From contig CAWGVG010000012.1 of assembly GCA_963825865.1 (NCBI GenBank), positions 1 to 64,000 of the forward strand: a DNA stretch of 64,000 nucleotides, read 5' to 3'. Numbering within the stretch: position 1 is the first letter of the stretch; the number at the start of each line of letters is the position of its first letter. The notes beneath the pieces are model-generated. The model ran no database searches and had not been told where the DNA came from. It worked only from the letters and a program-made list of their open reading frames with translations. The translations under genes were made by a program, and so were the position numbers. This document shows, piece by piece, positions 33,126 to 47,100 of this stretch. The stretch comes from an uncultured Nitrososphaeraceae archaeon. Its GTDB lineage: Archaea; Thermoproteota; Nitrososphaeria; Nitrososphaerales; Nitrososphaeraceae.

Positions 33126-34782
33126 GTGCATATCAGTCAGAATATTCCTTATAGAACTATTTTCATATTCTTATTAGTTATACCTGGCATACTAACAGCA
33201 TTTACTCATCTCTGGAATCCTGTAGGATTTCCGTATGGTCCATCTAATGATGAGGGGATATACATACGTAGGGCTATGCATGTATTGATTGGTCAAGGTC
33301 CTCAAGAATCACTCCTTTACGATCATCCATATTTTGGACAACTCTTTTTGGCAGGTATATTTGAGATAATTGGTTATCCTAATTCATTAAAGCCATCTGT
33401 TGGCGATGTACATTCAATCGAGATGCTTTATCTTGTCCCGAGAATATTGATGGGAATACTTGCTGTATTTGATACTTTTCTTATATACAAGATAGCGGAG
33501 ATATGTTACAACAGAAACGTGGCATTTATTGCATCTATTCTATTTGCAGTCATGCCAATAACAACTTGGCTCTTAAGAAGGGTATGGTTAGAACCTATTC
33601 AGCTGCCTTTTATTTTATCTTCAATATTATTTGCTGTTTATTATACAAAAGATTCTGCAAGAAATGATAGAAATAAAAATAGGAAAAGAATTCTACCAAT
33701 TTTACTTTCAGGTATTTTTTTGGGATTGGCTATCTTTACAAAAATTCCAGCATTTACACTGATTACATTAGTTGGATTTCTAATCTATCAAAATAATAAT
33801 AGAAACTTGAAGACATTGGGATTATGGTTTATTCCTGTTATTTTGATACCGCTAATTTGGCCCGCATATGCCACGTATAGTGGTCACTTCGATCTATGGT
33901 TGAATGGAGTATTATGGCAGACACATCGGGGAGTTCAAACATTATTTTACAGTTTAAAATACGATTTTCAGATTGATCCAGTTTTATTATTGCTTGGTAT
34001 TGCTAGTTTGGTTTTTGTAGCAATAAAAAGAGATCTCTTTCTTTTGCTATGGACTATTCCATTTTTGATCTTCCTCTATGTTATTGGATTTGTCTCACAG
34101 TGGCATTTCATTCCAATTTTACCAGCAGCCTGTATAGCAGCAGCTAGATTGATAGAAGATTTGTTAAACAGAATTAGAAACAAAAAGATACGGAAAGTAT
34201 TACCATTTATTATAATTTCAGGAATTGCAATTTTTGGCTTGTCAAGTACTACTATTATGATAGCAACAAGTGATAATTCATCGTACTTTGAGGCAATCGC
34301 GTTTGTTGTGCAATATCTACACGATGATAATAATAACAAAATAACTGTAATCTCAAATCCATTTTATTCATGGGTACCTCTGGATGTATTCCATTTAAAT
34401 GAGGATTACTATGTCGATTATTATAATGATATAATACCCCTCAAAACCGAAAAAGCTCTTTTGACAGTAGACCCACCTATGATAGATAGATTATCACATC
34501 ATCAAGGCAGCTAAACCAATACAAAAGATTTATAGCTCTAATAGCACAAAGAGGATAGCAATATTTGGAGGAAACGGTTATAATAAATACGAGCAAGTAT
34601 TCATTTACATATATGATAACAGTGTTACTGCATTCAATGACAAAGGAGTAGCTCTTGCTAAACTAGGAAAGTACAACGAATCTATTCTGTTTTTTGATAA
34701 AGCTTTAGCAATAAATCCTAATGATGTTTATGCATTGAATAATAAAAATTCTGCTCTCGTATCGTTAGGCAAAACAAAATAA
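33126..34782 (+). CDS. GT-C glycosyltransferase (PMT/ArnT, GT39-like) with C-terminal TPR, frameshift at about 34510
   Basis: NDEGIY, YDHPYFGQ, GLAIFTK, many TM helices; the downstream frame gives AFNDKGVALAKLGKYNESILFFDKALAINPND. Confidence 0.88.
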
Positions 34783-35783
34783 TACATGATGGGAAAAAAA
34801 TTATAAATGAAAAAATAAAAATGATCTGCTGAGAGGAGTTACCATAATATATATGTTATAGCCTGTTTTTAGTTACCATTTTTAGTAACAAAAGACCATT
34901 ACAATTATAATAATCAATGAGTAAAGTCATGTTTTGAGTAATTAGAATTAACGCCACACCTACAGATCTAAAGAATTAAGAAACTGAAGAAGGTCTTTTT
35001 TTATCTAAGAACTGACGTTGTTAAATAATATATGAGTTGGTCAACTCTTCAGGTTAATGTGTAAGTAAAAAGGACCAAAAGGCATGATGAAGAGAACGGT
35101 TGTTGTTGTTGTTGTTACCTCTGCTGCTGTCAGCTAGACTTGCTCTACACACCTATCCATTTAAAAGCTACAATTGCCAGTTTAAATCGCCTATTCAAAT
35201 AGCCCACTAGGCGAATTTATAGTCCTAACTTTTCTGAGGATTGTTTTGTCACCATCGGTGCAGGAGAATACAAGAACTGTACCTGGACAAACATGCGAGT
35301 AGGGGCCGTAACTAAATTCACTGCGAATAAATAGCGAAATTGGTAATTTCCTAGACATTATTATGATTAACTATTAAAAGGCCGTAGCAAATCTTTTTGG
35401 AATAGCTTGTTGTTTTTGGTGTTCTTTACATCTTGATATTGTAAATAAGGTTGGTCTAGCCTCTATGCGCCCAAGTCATTGATTAGATTAGATTCCTTCG
35501 TGAATTTTTTAAAACATCTTAAAGTCTTGGGCACATATTTTGTGTTGATTATTATTTGCAAACGACTCGGCCCATTACAATATTGACGCTTTCCCATGTA
35601 TTCTCCTGTTGTTTTCCGTTAGCCTGGCATGACTATTAACAAGTCAAGTAACTCGTCAAAACTGAAATACGATGATAAAATCATATAGAGACAGTAAGAG
35701 GAAGGAGAAAATGATAATGTTGCTACGATCTTTATTTACTCCTTGTCGCCGCTGGCCTTTATAGCAACAGTAGCAAAAAACCA

Positions 35784-36749
35784 CTAACCAACGAAAAGTA
35801 AGTAAGCCGTTAGCAACCCCTCCACTACTAGACTGCTATTTGCATTCAATTTATCTTCTAAAGCATCAGCAAGGGATTTCTTGGGATATTCCTGCTTTTC
35901 TATTCTAATCCTTCTTTTACCATCTTTCCAATCTTTAGAGTATGTGGTGATTAATGCATGCTGCCCAACTTCCCAACTTGTGTAAATTTTTTCTCCTTCA
36001 TAAGTTATTAAAGCGTCAGCACCTAAATGCCACATAGTCACACTCCAAGTCATGTGATCTGGTATAGCGGGATTCAAAATGTCACCTGCTTTATGATCAT
36101 TATTAGTACATTCCTCTCTCAACTTGGAAAGACGTTCTTCTATAACTGCAAGAGCTTCTGATAGCCTGATAACTCCATGGGTATCTACTGCAACAGGACA
36201 AAAAGAGCATCCTATTACTATGCTAACAGTATCTGTTGGCTGAACAGTCGCCATAATATCAAGATCTCTTATCTTACAAGGCCATGGTGGTAATCGAATC
36301 CCGTTATTGCCGGGGTCAGGTTTATGATGAGGAGCAAGAATCGACCAAATTCCATCTGCTTTAAAAGTTAAGCGAATATCATGTAATGATCTTCCTCCAA
36401 GGGGAAGGTTCTGAATAATCCTATAGACTGGGTCATTTGAGAGATGTCGATATCTCTGTTGGTAATGAAGAGGAGATAAGATGACCCCTGTATGGTATCC
36501 TGTCATTGGTTCTTCTGTAGACTCTTGTTCTTTGAGAGTATAGAAGGCCTGAGGTGAATAACAAACAACTTGTATTTTTCCACAATCAAGCATGCCTGAA
36601 ATCTTATTACGAAAAGTCCCATGTACAATTGAGTAGCTTTGTCCATCTACCTTAAACTTAGGAACAAAGTCACAATAGGAGAATGATCTATTTTCCTCAT
36701 GCACTATCTGAGTTATTCGTTTCCACAATGCAGAATCAAGATCACTCAA
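35784..36749 (-). CDS. hypothetical protein, probably associated with a mobile element (possible N-terminal wHTH)
   Basis: Intact 321-aa ORF near the integrase; GTFRNKIS, HDIRL, WHLGAD motifs. Confidence 0.75.
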   Translation of the reverse strand: MSDLDSALWKRITQIVHEENRSFSYCDFVPKFKVDGQSYSIVHGTFRNKISGMLDCGKIQVVCYSPQAFYTLKEQESTEEPMTGYHTGVILSPLHYQQRYRHLSNDPVYRIIQNLPLGGRSLHDIRLTFKADGIWSILAPHHKPDPGNNGIRLPPWPCKIRDLDIMATVQPTDTVSIVIGCSFCPVAVDTHGVIRLSEALAVIEERLSKLREECTNNDHKAGDILNPAIPDHMTWSVTMWHLGADALITYEGEKIYTSWEVGQHALITTYSKDWKDGKRRIRIEKQEYPKKSLADALEDKLNANSSLVVEGLLTAYLLFVG

Positions 36750-36967
36750 TATTTTTGTTGCACCTTGTTTTTGTATTTTAGTTCTATAATCAAAGAAGTA
36801 TTATGACGATGACGATGATGATACTTGTCATTGTCATCGTGGGTATCATGATATAACTTCGACTCTCGAAATCCAGCATGTATCTTTGCCAGTATGCGTA
36901 AAGTAAAAGAAGAATTAAAATTATTTTTAATCTTTTGTGTATTTGGCTTATCTAGCATTTCTATTTC

Positions 36968-37980
36968 TTGGTCTCTGTAAGGACATCGGATCGGATTCTG
37001 CACGTTTCAGTATACCGCTATTATCATCTCATTATTGCTCCTGTAGAAGAAAAAAAGAAGAGAGTAGAGAAAGGAGAAGGCGAAGAAGAAAAGAATGATT
37101 ACAAAAAGTATGAACTTTCACTAATAGGTGTCCTGTTAATGCTAGCAATAAGAAGCTTCACCATACGCTACAAGTTAAATATTCAATCTTCTGCCAACTT
37201 CAGTTATAACAAAATAGCATCAAATTACAAAGAAAAACTCCCACTTATTTTCGGAAAATGGCAATTGTTGAAAGGCGTCTTGGACTTTCATTTTTTTCCT
37301 TCTATATTTGATTATTTATTTCTTAATAAATCTGAGATTTTGTCATTGCCAGTCTTACTTGGTGGAAATAAGGAAATTCATGACAATGTTAGATCATCTG
37401 CTTTAAGTATAATTAACAAATTCTTTGTGATCTACGACGAAGGCATTTCAGCAATAGAATCTGATGAGTGTCCTAAAGAATTTCTAATGAGCAAGTATTA
37501 TCAGTTTATGCAAGACAAATTAAAGGAAATTGAAGTATTAGTTAGATACACCGACCTTGAATCCTTTGCTAAACATATGGCAAGCAAGAAAAGAAGACCA
37601 AAACAAAACGTACCTCTTGTATCACTTACTTTCAAAGATATACCTTCCTATACGCTAGATAAATTATATACAAAAAATATGGAACAAGAAAATTTTCACC
37701 TTAGAAAATGATCTGCATCTTATAGAAAACACATTATCGGATGAATTTCACTTTTTGTTCTATATAGGGCTACTTAGAGACAATAATCACAAAGCTTCGG
37801 ATTATCCTCTTACCACTGGGTTTATCAGGCCTAATCCCAACTCACTTTATCCTACAGATTTTTTAATGCAGATAGTCAACAGCGATGATAATATTCGTAC
37901 CAATTGACAGAATGGATAAAAGAAGCTACAATCTATCAAAAATTAGCATGGAGAAGATGAACGAAATTTATTTGAAGATA
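36968..37980 (+). pseudogene. fragment of a large hypothetical protein
   Basis: 247-aa ORF without a good start, continuing in another frame past 37711. Confidence 0.55.
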
Positions 37981-38313
37981 AATAATACACGAAGTATAAA
38001 TGCATAATGCATGCAGCCAATGAAATCATTACTCTTATCCAATGTCATGCCAAGGCCTGATGATGTAGGACTTCACTTACCTATGTAGTTTATTGGAAAT
38101 ACTAAAACAAGATGAACGCAGAGTAATTTGGATCTTGAGTAAAAGATTTAGTGACTTACCAAGAAGAAGCATGCAGATTTTATAATGAAGCAAACTTTGC
38201 ATCTTGTGTGTATTCCCTATGCAAAATAGACTAAGAAGATACTTTCAATAATCCTTGTTCTTCCAATGTCTTCTTTAGTGCCAGTAGAGGCTGCAATTCT
38301 TTACGTAGCAAAA

Positions 38314-39255
38314 TTACTTCATCCTTGTCCCTTTCCAATATATCATTACGGTACTTAATTTCGTTATATTAATTGCCTGCATTCGTGAAAGTTCGCAACG
38401 AGTCTTGAACCATTTTCGTAAGCCATGATCTGTTTGAAATTCGTGGCGTCTCTTACCTTCTTCTAACTTCTTCCTAAGTCCCTGTGTCCAAAGTGCATCT
38501 TCCATGAGCCTCTTAACACCACTAGATTTCAGTTTTTTAGGAGCAGTCACAAGACCCTTCATATAACCTCTCTTTGTATCCCATATGTTTCGCATAACCC
38601 AACTTTGAGTGTCAATCGTCTCTCCTGATTCCTTGCGATAAATCATCCATTTGTTTAACTCATGATATGATTCTGGAGTAACGAAACTGAAATATTCTTC
38701 CTCACTACCAGCATAAACAGATATTTTTGCAGCAACTACCTGTCCATTTCTTTCTATTGGAGTTATATGACTCCATCGTAGATAATCCCACGCACCAACA
38801 CGAATACCAGATGAGACCATAGTAAAAACAATGGCCTTAATTCTTCTATCAGGATATTCAATTACCCTACGAATTTCTTCTATGGTAGGAGCACGATCCT
38901 CAGCGTACTTCCTTCCTCTAGGTAAACCCCTTGTAATTTTCTTCCAGGGAATCAATATGTCGTTCATTTCGCAGAATAGTTTGATTGATTTAACGTAGTT
39001 ACGAATGGTGGCCCCTGTAATCTCCTTTCTTTCTACTCTTTCTTTATAGACTTGCAGGAATTTTCGAACATTGTTTAGTGTCCAAATGTTATCATTCTTT
39101 GCGATATCATAGAAAGCTTCTGCAGCGTTCCTGTATGGTATTTCCCTGAATATTGACGAATCGAAAAAACCTATCAAGTCTGGTCGTATACTTTTCCCTA
39201 GTTTGGGGTGCGTTCATCGCAAAGATGAAAATCGAATAAGGATCTTCTGATCCAT
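38314..39255 (-). pseudogene. tyrosine recombinase/integrase, 5' frameshift and 3' truncation
   Basis: SSGIRVG (Arg), HGLRKWFKT (HxxR); the final H and catalytic Tyr region is absent. Confidence 0.92.
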
Positions 39256-39329
39256 AATCTTGGTATCTATACAATCTTTTTCTATCACTTTTTATTTATT
39301 TGAGAACCCTAATAAAGGAGTGATATCAA

Positions 39330-39347
39330 TGCGGGCTCGAAGGGCTT
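39330..39347 (-). other. tRNA 3'-end-like fragment, candidate att site
   Basis: AAGCCCTTCGAGCCCGCA resembles T-arm 3' strand + acceptor strand CGAGCCC + discriminator G; about 75 bp 5' of the integrase. Confidence 0.5.
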
Positions 39348-39742
39348 GGTGACGATATCGGTGCTAAAAGTGGATTTTACTTTAATATAGTAATATTAGG
39401 GCTAGCTTTAAAGTTTTCTGCTTCAACAAGTTATCACCTCTCCTTTTGTAGCAGCGGAAATTGATATACATAACAGGATTTGGAAGTGTGGCTCTTTTAT
39501 CATCTGAATTATTTCCAGCCTAATTCTCCCACCATGATATAAATAATCTTAATTCTGTACGTTGAATGGACTTGGTGCCACAAGGAGACATTTCAGGATC
39601 TATTCCTATACCTGTATCCTTTCTCTAATTTGTTTTGTACTCTTCCCTTACACTTGCTAAAACTGTAATTTACAAACAAGTCAAATAACACTATAGATAA
39701 CAAATAACCACTTTCTCCATAAACATTTAGTCGTTAGATAAT

Positions 39743-40700
39743 TTATTTACTCAGGGTGTCTTCATATCCCTGTTGAATTAATTTGCTTATTGTTTCTGAG
39801 GTAAAATCAGCAAGTTTTCCTGAGATACTATCACTATCGTCTCTACGTTGTATTTGAACTACTTTAACTATCTTGAATGTATCCTTAAGTATATCAATAT
39901 ATTTCTTGTACTGTTGAGTATTAAATTGTCTCGGTGTATATTCATCTAATATTTTGTTAATTTTCTCCTTTATTGTCTCATCATTATCTCCAAGACTAAT
40001 CAACCTTTCAATCAAATTTACGTAGTCTGTAAGAAGTCCATCTGTTTTTGCATCATATCCATCACTAAGTTTTATATCTATATGTCTATCTCTAACTCCA
40101 TCAAAATCTTGAGGTACAATATCTCCTCCGGTATTGCTATCATTTTCCTTGGGATTCAATATATTTACTATGTACAACTCTAAATCAGGAATCCTTTGCA
40201 TCTGCTCTTGTGATTTCTTGTACTCATTTGAATTATCTATCTTACTTCCAATTTTTTTAAAGGAATTCTCAAGATTTTGAGAACCTATCATCTTTTCCCA
40301 AAACTTTTTGTGTCCTTCTAACAGTTCTCTAATTGGAATATTACTTAGTAATCCGCCATCCCAGAACTTACGCCCTTCTATCTCTTCATAAGCACAGACT
40401 TCAGGCAAGGTTGAACTTGCCATTAAATGTTTGATACCAATACCTTCATTGTATTTGATAATAACAGGTTTTCCTAATAAAGAATCACCGTATTCTGTTT
40501 CTCTTCTTCCTTGCTCCTTCTCATACTGTCAAATGTGACTGTTGTCCCTTCTGCTGCATCAACACTAATTACAAGTAATCTTGGTTCTCCTTTCTCAAAA
40601 CTAGTTGCAATAGGGAATTTAGCAAATTCTTCTATGCTCTTTCTTAATGGTTGGTTGTCATAGACAAGCCATGGGTTTTGTGAATCACAAAATCTCTTAT
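39743..40700 (-). pseudogene. patatin-like phospholipase, C-terminal part
   Basis: PRLLVISVDAAEG, MASSTLP, FWDGGLLSN; GxSxG N-terminus missing. Confidence 0.85.
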
Positions 40701-40922
40701 TTGCTGTTATCTATTAGAAGATTAGTTAGAACGAGTAGTATAAGATTTCTCAAACCATAATTATCAGTAGAAATAATAACGTAGAACTAGGTTCTAGAAC
40801 AAGGTGACATCTATTTCTGAAGATGTAATTGAAGATGTGATGGATTCATTCTATCCAAATGGCACATTTAACCAACGTGGCCTTCTTCAATGTATAATAA
40901 TAGAGCATCATGAATTAGAGAC

Positions 40923-42728
40923 ATGACAGTATTCGGTGATATAGGTTCAGTATTTACAGTACCATGGAATCCGAATACCGCTATCTGGATAGTAATTTCG
41001 GGTATAATAGGTGGCATAGTTACTCAGGTTTTCAAGTTTGTATTTGAGCAGACTATTCCAGAGTGGCAAAGAAAAAAGGCCACAAGAATTGCAATCGAAA
41101 AATACCAATCTCCAATTTATCAATCAGCTTTTACACTTTCAAATACAATCAAAAAGATTCTAGATGATACTAGCATAATAAATATTCAAGAATCTTCGAC
41201 TTAGCATACTATATGACTTTGGTTGTTTTTTTGGTTGGAATCCAAATTCTTATGAATGAAACTTCTCTTGAAACGGTAGATAGGCCAAATAAGATGAAGC
41301 ATGTTTGGGCAAAATATTATTATCATCTGACTCAATTATTAAACAACGTTACATCTGACTATCATTATCTTCTGCCACATGTAAAAGACGTTTCTTTAGA
41401 AATCATAAATTCGCTTGTCATACCCCGTTGGTCTTTAAGTGCTCTTGGTGAGTTAATGATTGTTCGGAATAAAGAAAAGAATAATTCTTCGTCAAGTATC
41501 ATTAGTATAGTCGACTTTATTCAAAATTATCAACAGTCTGATGACTTTAGAAAATGTTTTAGATATATAGACAACATAATTTCCGGAATAGAGAAATCAA
41601 AATTAAATGCTCAATGGAACATTCTTTTTGCACTTCAAGTGGAAATTCTTTTATTTGTTTTTAAGCAGCTTAAGAAGGATGACGTTATCCCAAATCAATG
41701 GATCCCCTCGACAATCAAACTAATAGACTCTAAAATTTTATGGATGCCGTGTAAAATTAAGAAATATTTACGTATTTTTCAAATGTTAATCAATACTTAT
41801 CGTATGGATCGTTTTACATTTAGACTAATAGTGGAGCAGGTGATAGTAAAAAGAGGACAGTTTGCTTATCATAGTAAAAAGGATGATGAAAACCATATAG
41901 CTGAGGACGAACAATTCACAGTCCAGGATCCTGTTAAGATAAGTATCATGAACAATGACAACTTAAAATATAATACAATGTATTTTCCCAGAAAATATCC
42001 AAATTCCACAAAGTTTTTTATCGAACACGGCAATAGCGAACTTACAAAGCTCACTGTTGCAGAAATGTTGTCACCTTATCTTAGTGTACGCTATTTACAT
42101 GAAGAAGTCCTCTCTCGACTAATTCATAGACTGGATATTGAAGGTTATTTAGAGATAATAAATAAACCATATTATGATTATCTATCGGCACTCGACAAAT
42201 TACTTAATCTGCGTGATGGAGATTCTGAGATATGGAATAAGAGAGGTACCCTTTGTGCTTGTTTAGAAAGCCTCGTCAGTAGAAGTCAACAGACTATAAC
42301 AACAGTCAGCAATAAGCAAGGACGCAAAAAAACCACTATTGAAGGATTTGGCTACGCCAACTATTAGGTGCTATGACGAAGCTACAAAGTTGAAACCGGA
42401 TTACATTGAAGCATGGAATAACAAGGGTTTAGCCTATATGGGTAAATATAGCTATGGAGAAAATAAAAGATTTGATTATGAGGATGCGGCAAAATGCTTT
42501 GAGAAAGCCTTAGAATATACTGAAAAAGATAACAACGGTATGATTAGCAAACAGGATTTTGCTGATATATATAATAACCTTGGCATAACAAGTTATGAGT
42601 TAGGAGACTATGAAAAATCAATAAAATGCTTTGAGAAAGCCTTACAAATAGATAGCCAATTTAAATTTGCAGATGAAAATAAAGTCATCATCATTCAAGA
42701 ATTAGGCAAAAAAAGAAAAATTGTATAA
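40923..42728 (+). pseudogene. large protein with N-terminal TM helix and C-terminal TPRs, split into three ORFs
   Basis: 40923-41204, 41213-42367 and 42339-42728 are contiguous; AWNNKGLAY, YNNLGIT..ELGDYEKSIKCFEKAL. Confidence 0.75.
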
Positions 42729-42818
42729 CTCAAACGACAAAAATATTGTATAAATAATGAAAGTAGTATGCTAAAGTTTACTTCAAACAACTAACAACCA
42801 TCTATACCATGAAGCTCA

Positions 42819-42974
42819 GGCCAGAAATGTTGTCAGGTGTGTGCGATCTTTATAGTATGGAAAGGTGTGCAATGTCCATGCTGTGGCCGTATACTAAGGA
42901 CAAAACCTAGACATTATGGCCATGATGCTCTTGGCGCATCAACAACATCACAATGTGTGTATCTTATACATTAA
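42819..42974 (+). pseudogene. small thaumarchaeal Zn-finger protein remnant
   Basis: GQKCCQVCAIFIVWKGVQCPCCGRILRTKPR with no in-frame start. Confidence 0.65.
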
Positions 42975-44160
42975 GGGTAGAGATCTGAAAAAGCAGTAAT
43001 TTTACGCACAACAATAAGGAGGGAAGTGTTTTAATTTTATTGAACCGAGAAAAAGGCTTGTTGGTGACTTCACAAATCTCTACTAAAGTGTATTATAACA
43101 TATTAATTTTGAATAAGAGAATCAAACCACTTGACACGGTTGTAAAGAGCAGAGTACATAATCATGCTTGGTATCAGCAACAAATTCGTTCACTGTAGAT
43201 GAGGCGCAGGTAATTTAAGATATGATAAAGAATGGCGATTACAAAATATTTGACTTGACATATACAAAAAGGGTAACTAGGAGTATTTTATCCTTGACCA
43301 GTTCATTTGATTGAATACCTTGGAAATAACATTTTGAACAACTTATGTCATCCAAGCAGCGATGGAACTATAGTAACTCCAAATATCAACAAATATACTG
43401 GTGTATAAGGTATTGCAATATTATCAACTACGATAGCAGATATAAAATAACTCGTTATTAATATCAAACCAATATAAATTACAAGAGGTTTCCTTATATC
43501 TGAATGCAAAAAGTCGTTTTTTGTTATATATGAATAATCTTCCTCCAGACGTAGTTTTCTTAGTTGAATCAAAAAAATGCGGATTATCTATCCATTTTTG
43601 ACTTCTATCATCTGGCCTCTTTCTGAAGAGAAATCTTAAAGGTAAACAGGTTGGGATTATCTTAGATGATGAGTTGGTATGACAAAGACATATACGCTAA
43701 CCTTCAAGCATGACCACCTGATATTGTTAGAATCACTACTGCTATTATAACAGGAGAAAGCAGAGGATTTTTTTAGAGATAGCCGACCTGAGAAACCAAG
43801 ACTTACCAATGAATCAAAAAGGTTAGCAGAGGAGGAATTACGTAATTGCAATGAGGTATTAGAGATATAAGGAAGTCGGTTTACGGCGGCGGCGCTGTTA
43901 AATAGTTTCTGTCATGACTTTGAAATTTATATAAATGGCCGTTTTCTAGGGACATGAGTTCAGATGAAGCTTTTATAAAATTAGGTAATAGTGTCAATCC
44001 CTTGGTAGAACAAGTGGGCCAACTTAAGACGCTGGCTGGAGATAAAAGTAGGTTTAACTCAACTTACTTTTCAAAGAAGACAAGTGAAATAGAACACGCA
44101 TTAAATGAATGTAAACATTTAGGTTTAACTTATATAGAAAGTAAAGAGTTGCTATAAACT

Positions 44161-44730
44161 ATTTCTGACATAAATTCAGAGTTAATCAATGCGTATGTAG
44201 CTGTTAAGGATGACGTTGAAAAATTAATAAAATTACTCATGCAGCATGAAATTGGGTATAGTCAAGCTCCTGAAGAATATTACTACAAGTTAAGAAGTTG
44301 CTATAGTCTGAGATCTTCTTGTGACAAGATAGAAAGAGCAGCACAGTTCATTACCCTCAATAGAACCTGTTTCAATGGTCTCTACAGAGTAAATAGAAAA
44401 GGTCAGTTTAATGTTCCATGGGGAAGATACATCAGTCCACCCATTTGCGATAGCAGTAACTTAAGAAATGTTAGTGTTGCTCTTCATTATATTAACGTAA
44501 CAATAAAAGCTACTGACTACAAAGAAAAGCTTCTTGAAAATGCAAAAGAAGGTGATTTTATCTATTTGGATCCACCGTATAATCCTGTAAATTCAACAGC
44601 ATATTTTACAAATTACACAAAGTATGGATTTTCAAATAAAGACCAAGAAAAGCTTGCTGAAGTATATAGACAATTAGATGAGATGAAGTGTAAAGTAATG
44701 TTAACCAATTCTAACACACCTTTAGTTAGG
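44161..44730 (+). pseudogene. Dam-like (D12 class) N6-adenine DNA methyltransferase, truncated at both ends
   Basis: SDINSELINAY, LNRTCFNGLYRVNRKGQFNVPWG, FIYLDPPY; SAM-binding FxGxG missing. Confidence 0.9.
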
Positions 44731-45124
44731 GTGGTCGACTTATATAGGCCACATATCAGCAATTCAGTTCACAAGAGTATTCAAAGATCACCTCTCAGAG
44801 ATGCGCTTCCCTCGTGATACCATTCTGCTTGCGAAGAATTAATATACATAAAACACCTTATGCCAAAATGAGTATACGGCATCGATGATACTTGAACTTA
44901 ATAAAGATAAAAATTGCATTTATTCCTGTAATTTTGGACTCAAGTAAACGCAACATCAATGATGAAGCTGTGTAGCTGATTTATGAAATTGGAAAAAATG
45001 GTAAGTTTACATTTTAGGAGCTTCACCGGAAATTGATCCACAGAAAACCATTCCCAAGGAAATATTTAGCCCTTGTGAGTGGTGATAAGATTCTTTCAAA
45101 GCACTTCAGGCATGGGCTAACGCT

Positions 45125-45212
45125 TTATCTTTCAAGCAAAGCCAGCTCATGAACCTGAGCACGAATTCACCTAGCTACGGCTACTGTAGCTTTCTTATCC
45201 AAAGGTGTTCGT
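45125..45212 (-). pseudogene. short remnant of a terminase-like ATPase
   Basis: HLWIRK...EFVLRFMSWLCLKD matches KHLWIKKATGLGVTEFFLRFMAWLCLK at about 51250. Confidence 0.6.
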
Positions 45213-45301
45213 TAGTAGGATTTGCGTTACCATTTTAGGTATACACCCTGTAACATGCTATCTCTGTAGAGCTCCGTGGCAAAATGTTCTTATAGACGTG
45301 C

Positions 45302-46265
45302 ATGATTATTAGTGACACAACGGTAAAGCTAACTAAAACTATTATTTCATTAATTGGAGTAGTTTTGTTAATAGCTATAATAGGTTTTATTAAGACTCCC
45401 AGGGTCTATGCACAGGTTGATGAAAAGACTTTTAATATTGCCGCTGTGGGTGACGTTTCCTGTGTAAGCGAGGATACTAAATTGCATGGTAATGAGACTA
45501 TATCATCCATAGGACAACACTCAAATGATTTGGTTCTATTTTTAGGGGATCTAGCTTATTCAGGTGGTGATACGCAGTGTTTTCTTAATATGACTAATGA
45601 GCTAGAGAGCAAAGTTGAAAATCATGTATTAATAGCCATAGGAAACCATGACATTGATTCACATGATGGAAATGAGAAAACAAAAAGACAACTGATAGAA
45701 AAATATCACGTTCCTTCTTCTGGATATTATAGCGCTAGTTTTGATAACGGTAATATACTTATTGTAGTGATGAATTATACCGGAATAGAAGAAGGAAAGG
45801 AAAAGGAGCCTCCTGTTACAAGAATCGCCTCAATATAAGTTTGTAAAACAATCATTGGAAAATTCAGCCGCGAGAGTTAAGATGGTAACTAGCCATGCAC
45901 CATTTATGGCCTGCAAGTGTTATGGACAATATACACAACATCAACCGCTGCCTGGCGTTTATGGACTTTATAATCCTTTGTTCCAGAATACTGGCGTGAG
46001 TCTTGTTCTGTCAGGGCATAATCACAACTATCAAAGATATAAGGTTGATAATGTGACTTATCTAACCAATGGATTAGGTGGAAGAAGTTTTTACCATATA
46101 CCAAATAACTATGTTGATGAAAATGTACAAAGGATTTTTGACACGGACTTTGGATATGGATTTTCTCAGTTTAATATTAAGGCGAATACTATCGAGTCCA
46201 AATTTATTTCAAATAGTGGTCAGGATACAGATAATTTCGTAATTAATTTGTCTGATAAACGATAA
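45302..46265 (+). pseudogene. secreted metallophosphoesterase (purple acid phosphatase-like), one frameshift at about 45815
   Basis: Signal/TM segment; GDV, GDLAY, GNHD, HAP, GHNHNYQR. Confidence 0.9.
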
Positions 46266-47100
46266 AAAGAGCTCAGTTTAAATGAGCTTAAGTTGAGAAA
46301 GTTTGGAATCAATTTATTTTCTCATAGCTACTCGTAAAGAGTAAGAGGATTAAAACATGAGGTTGGAAAAATGGCAATTGAGTTTTGAACAGATAGCTAG
46401 ATGCAATAAACTAATGCCTTATCTTTAAATGTAAAGGTTACTACTTGGAAGTTCCCAGCTGTGGATAATGATAGAACACTAGATAAAAAAAAGCAACGTC
46501 ATATGACGATATATTTGATGCATTTAGGTTGGCCCTGCAGGCTTGCCATTCATATTAGAAGAATGGATAAGAACTTCTGAAGATCTAAATGATTATGAAG
46601 AGATAAAGAGGGACAAGCTATGCTCCAGAACAATAAGACTAAGAAAGGCATTAGATGAGCAAGATCAGGATAAGTTATACAAGATGTCCATTCTACTTCA
46701 GCCTCTACCATACAAAAGTCTTGCTTCGTATCTTGAAATGGGCGAAGAGAATATACGTCGTGTAAGATCGCTGATCGATAGACTAAGTGAAAACCTAATA
46801 TTTGATGAGCACTTAAGGTGGTTCAGACATGAATTAGTTCATAGATGTTTTGAAGATGACCTTGATAATGAGGAGAGAACAAGTTATAATCAAATTTGCT
46901 AAAGTTCTTTGAAAGTTTGATAGAAGAAAAAAAGCAAATAAAACAAAGAGTGAAATTAAATGAGCAAGAACACTGACAAGACAAGCATACAAGTGAAAGA
47001 AGCAGAAGAAAACTATGCCATAGTGAAATCATGTGCGTATCATCTCCATATGGCAGGAGATTATGAAAAATCATTTGCTCGTAATAAAGAGTTAGCTAAA

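Noticed and set aside
44161-44817. Possible restriction-modification system
   Set aside because: The methyltransferase lacks its SAM-binding N-terminus and no cognate endonuclease is adjacent
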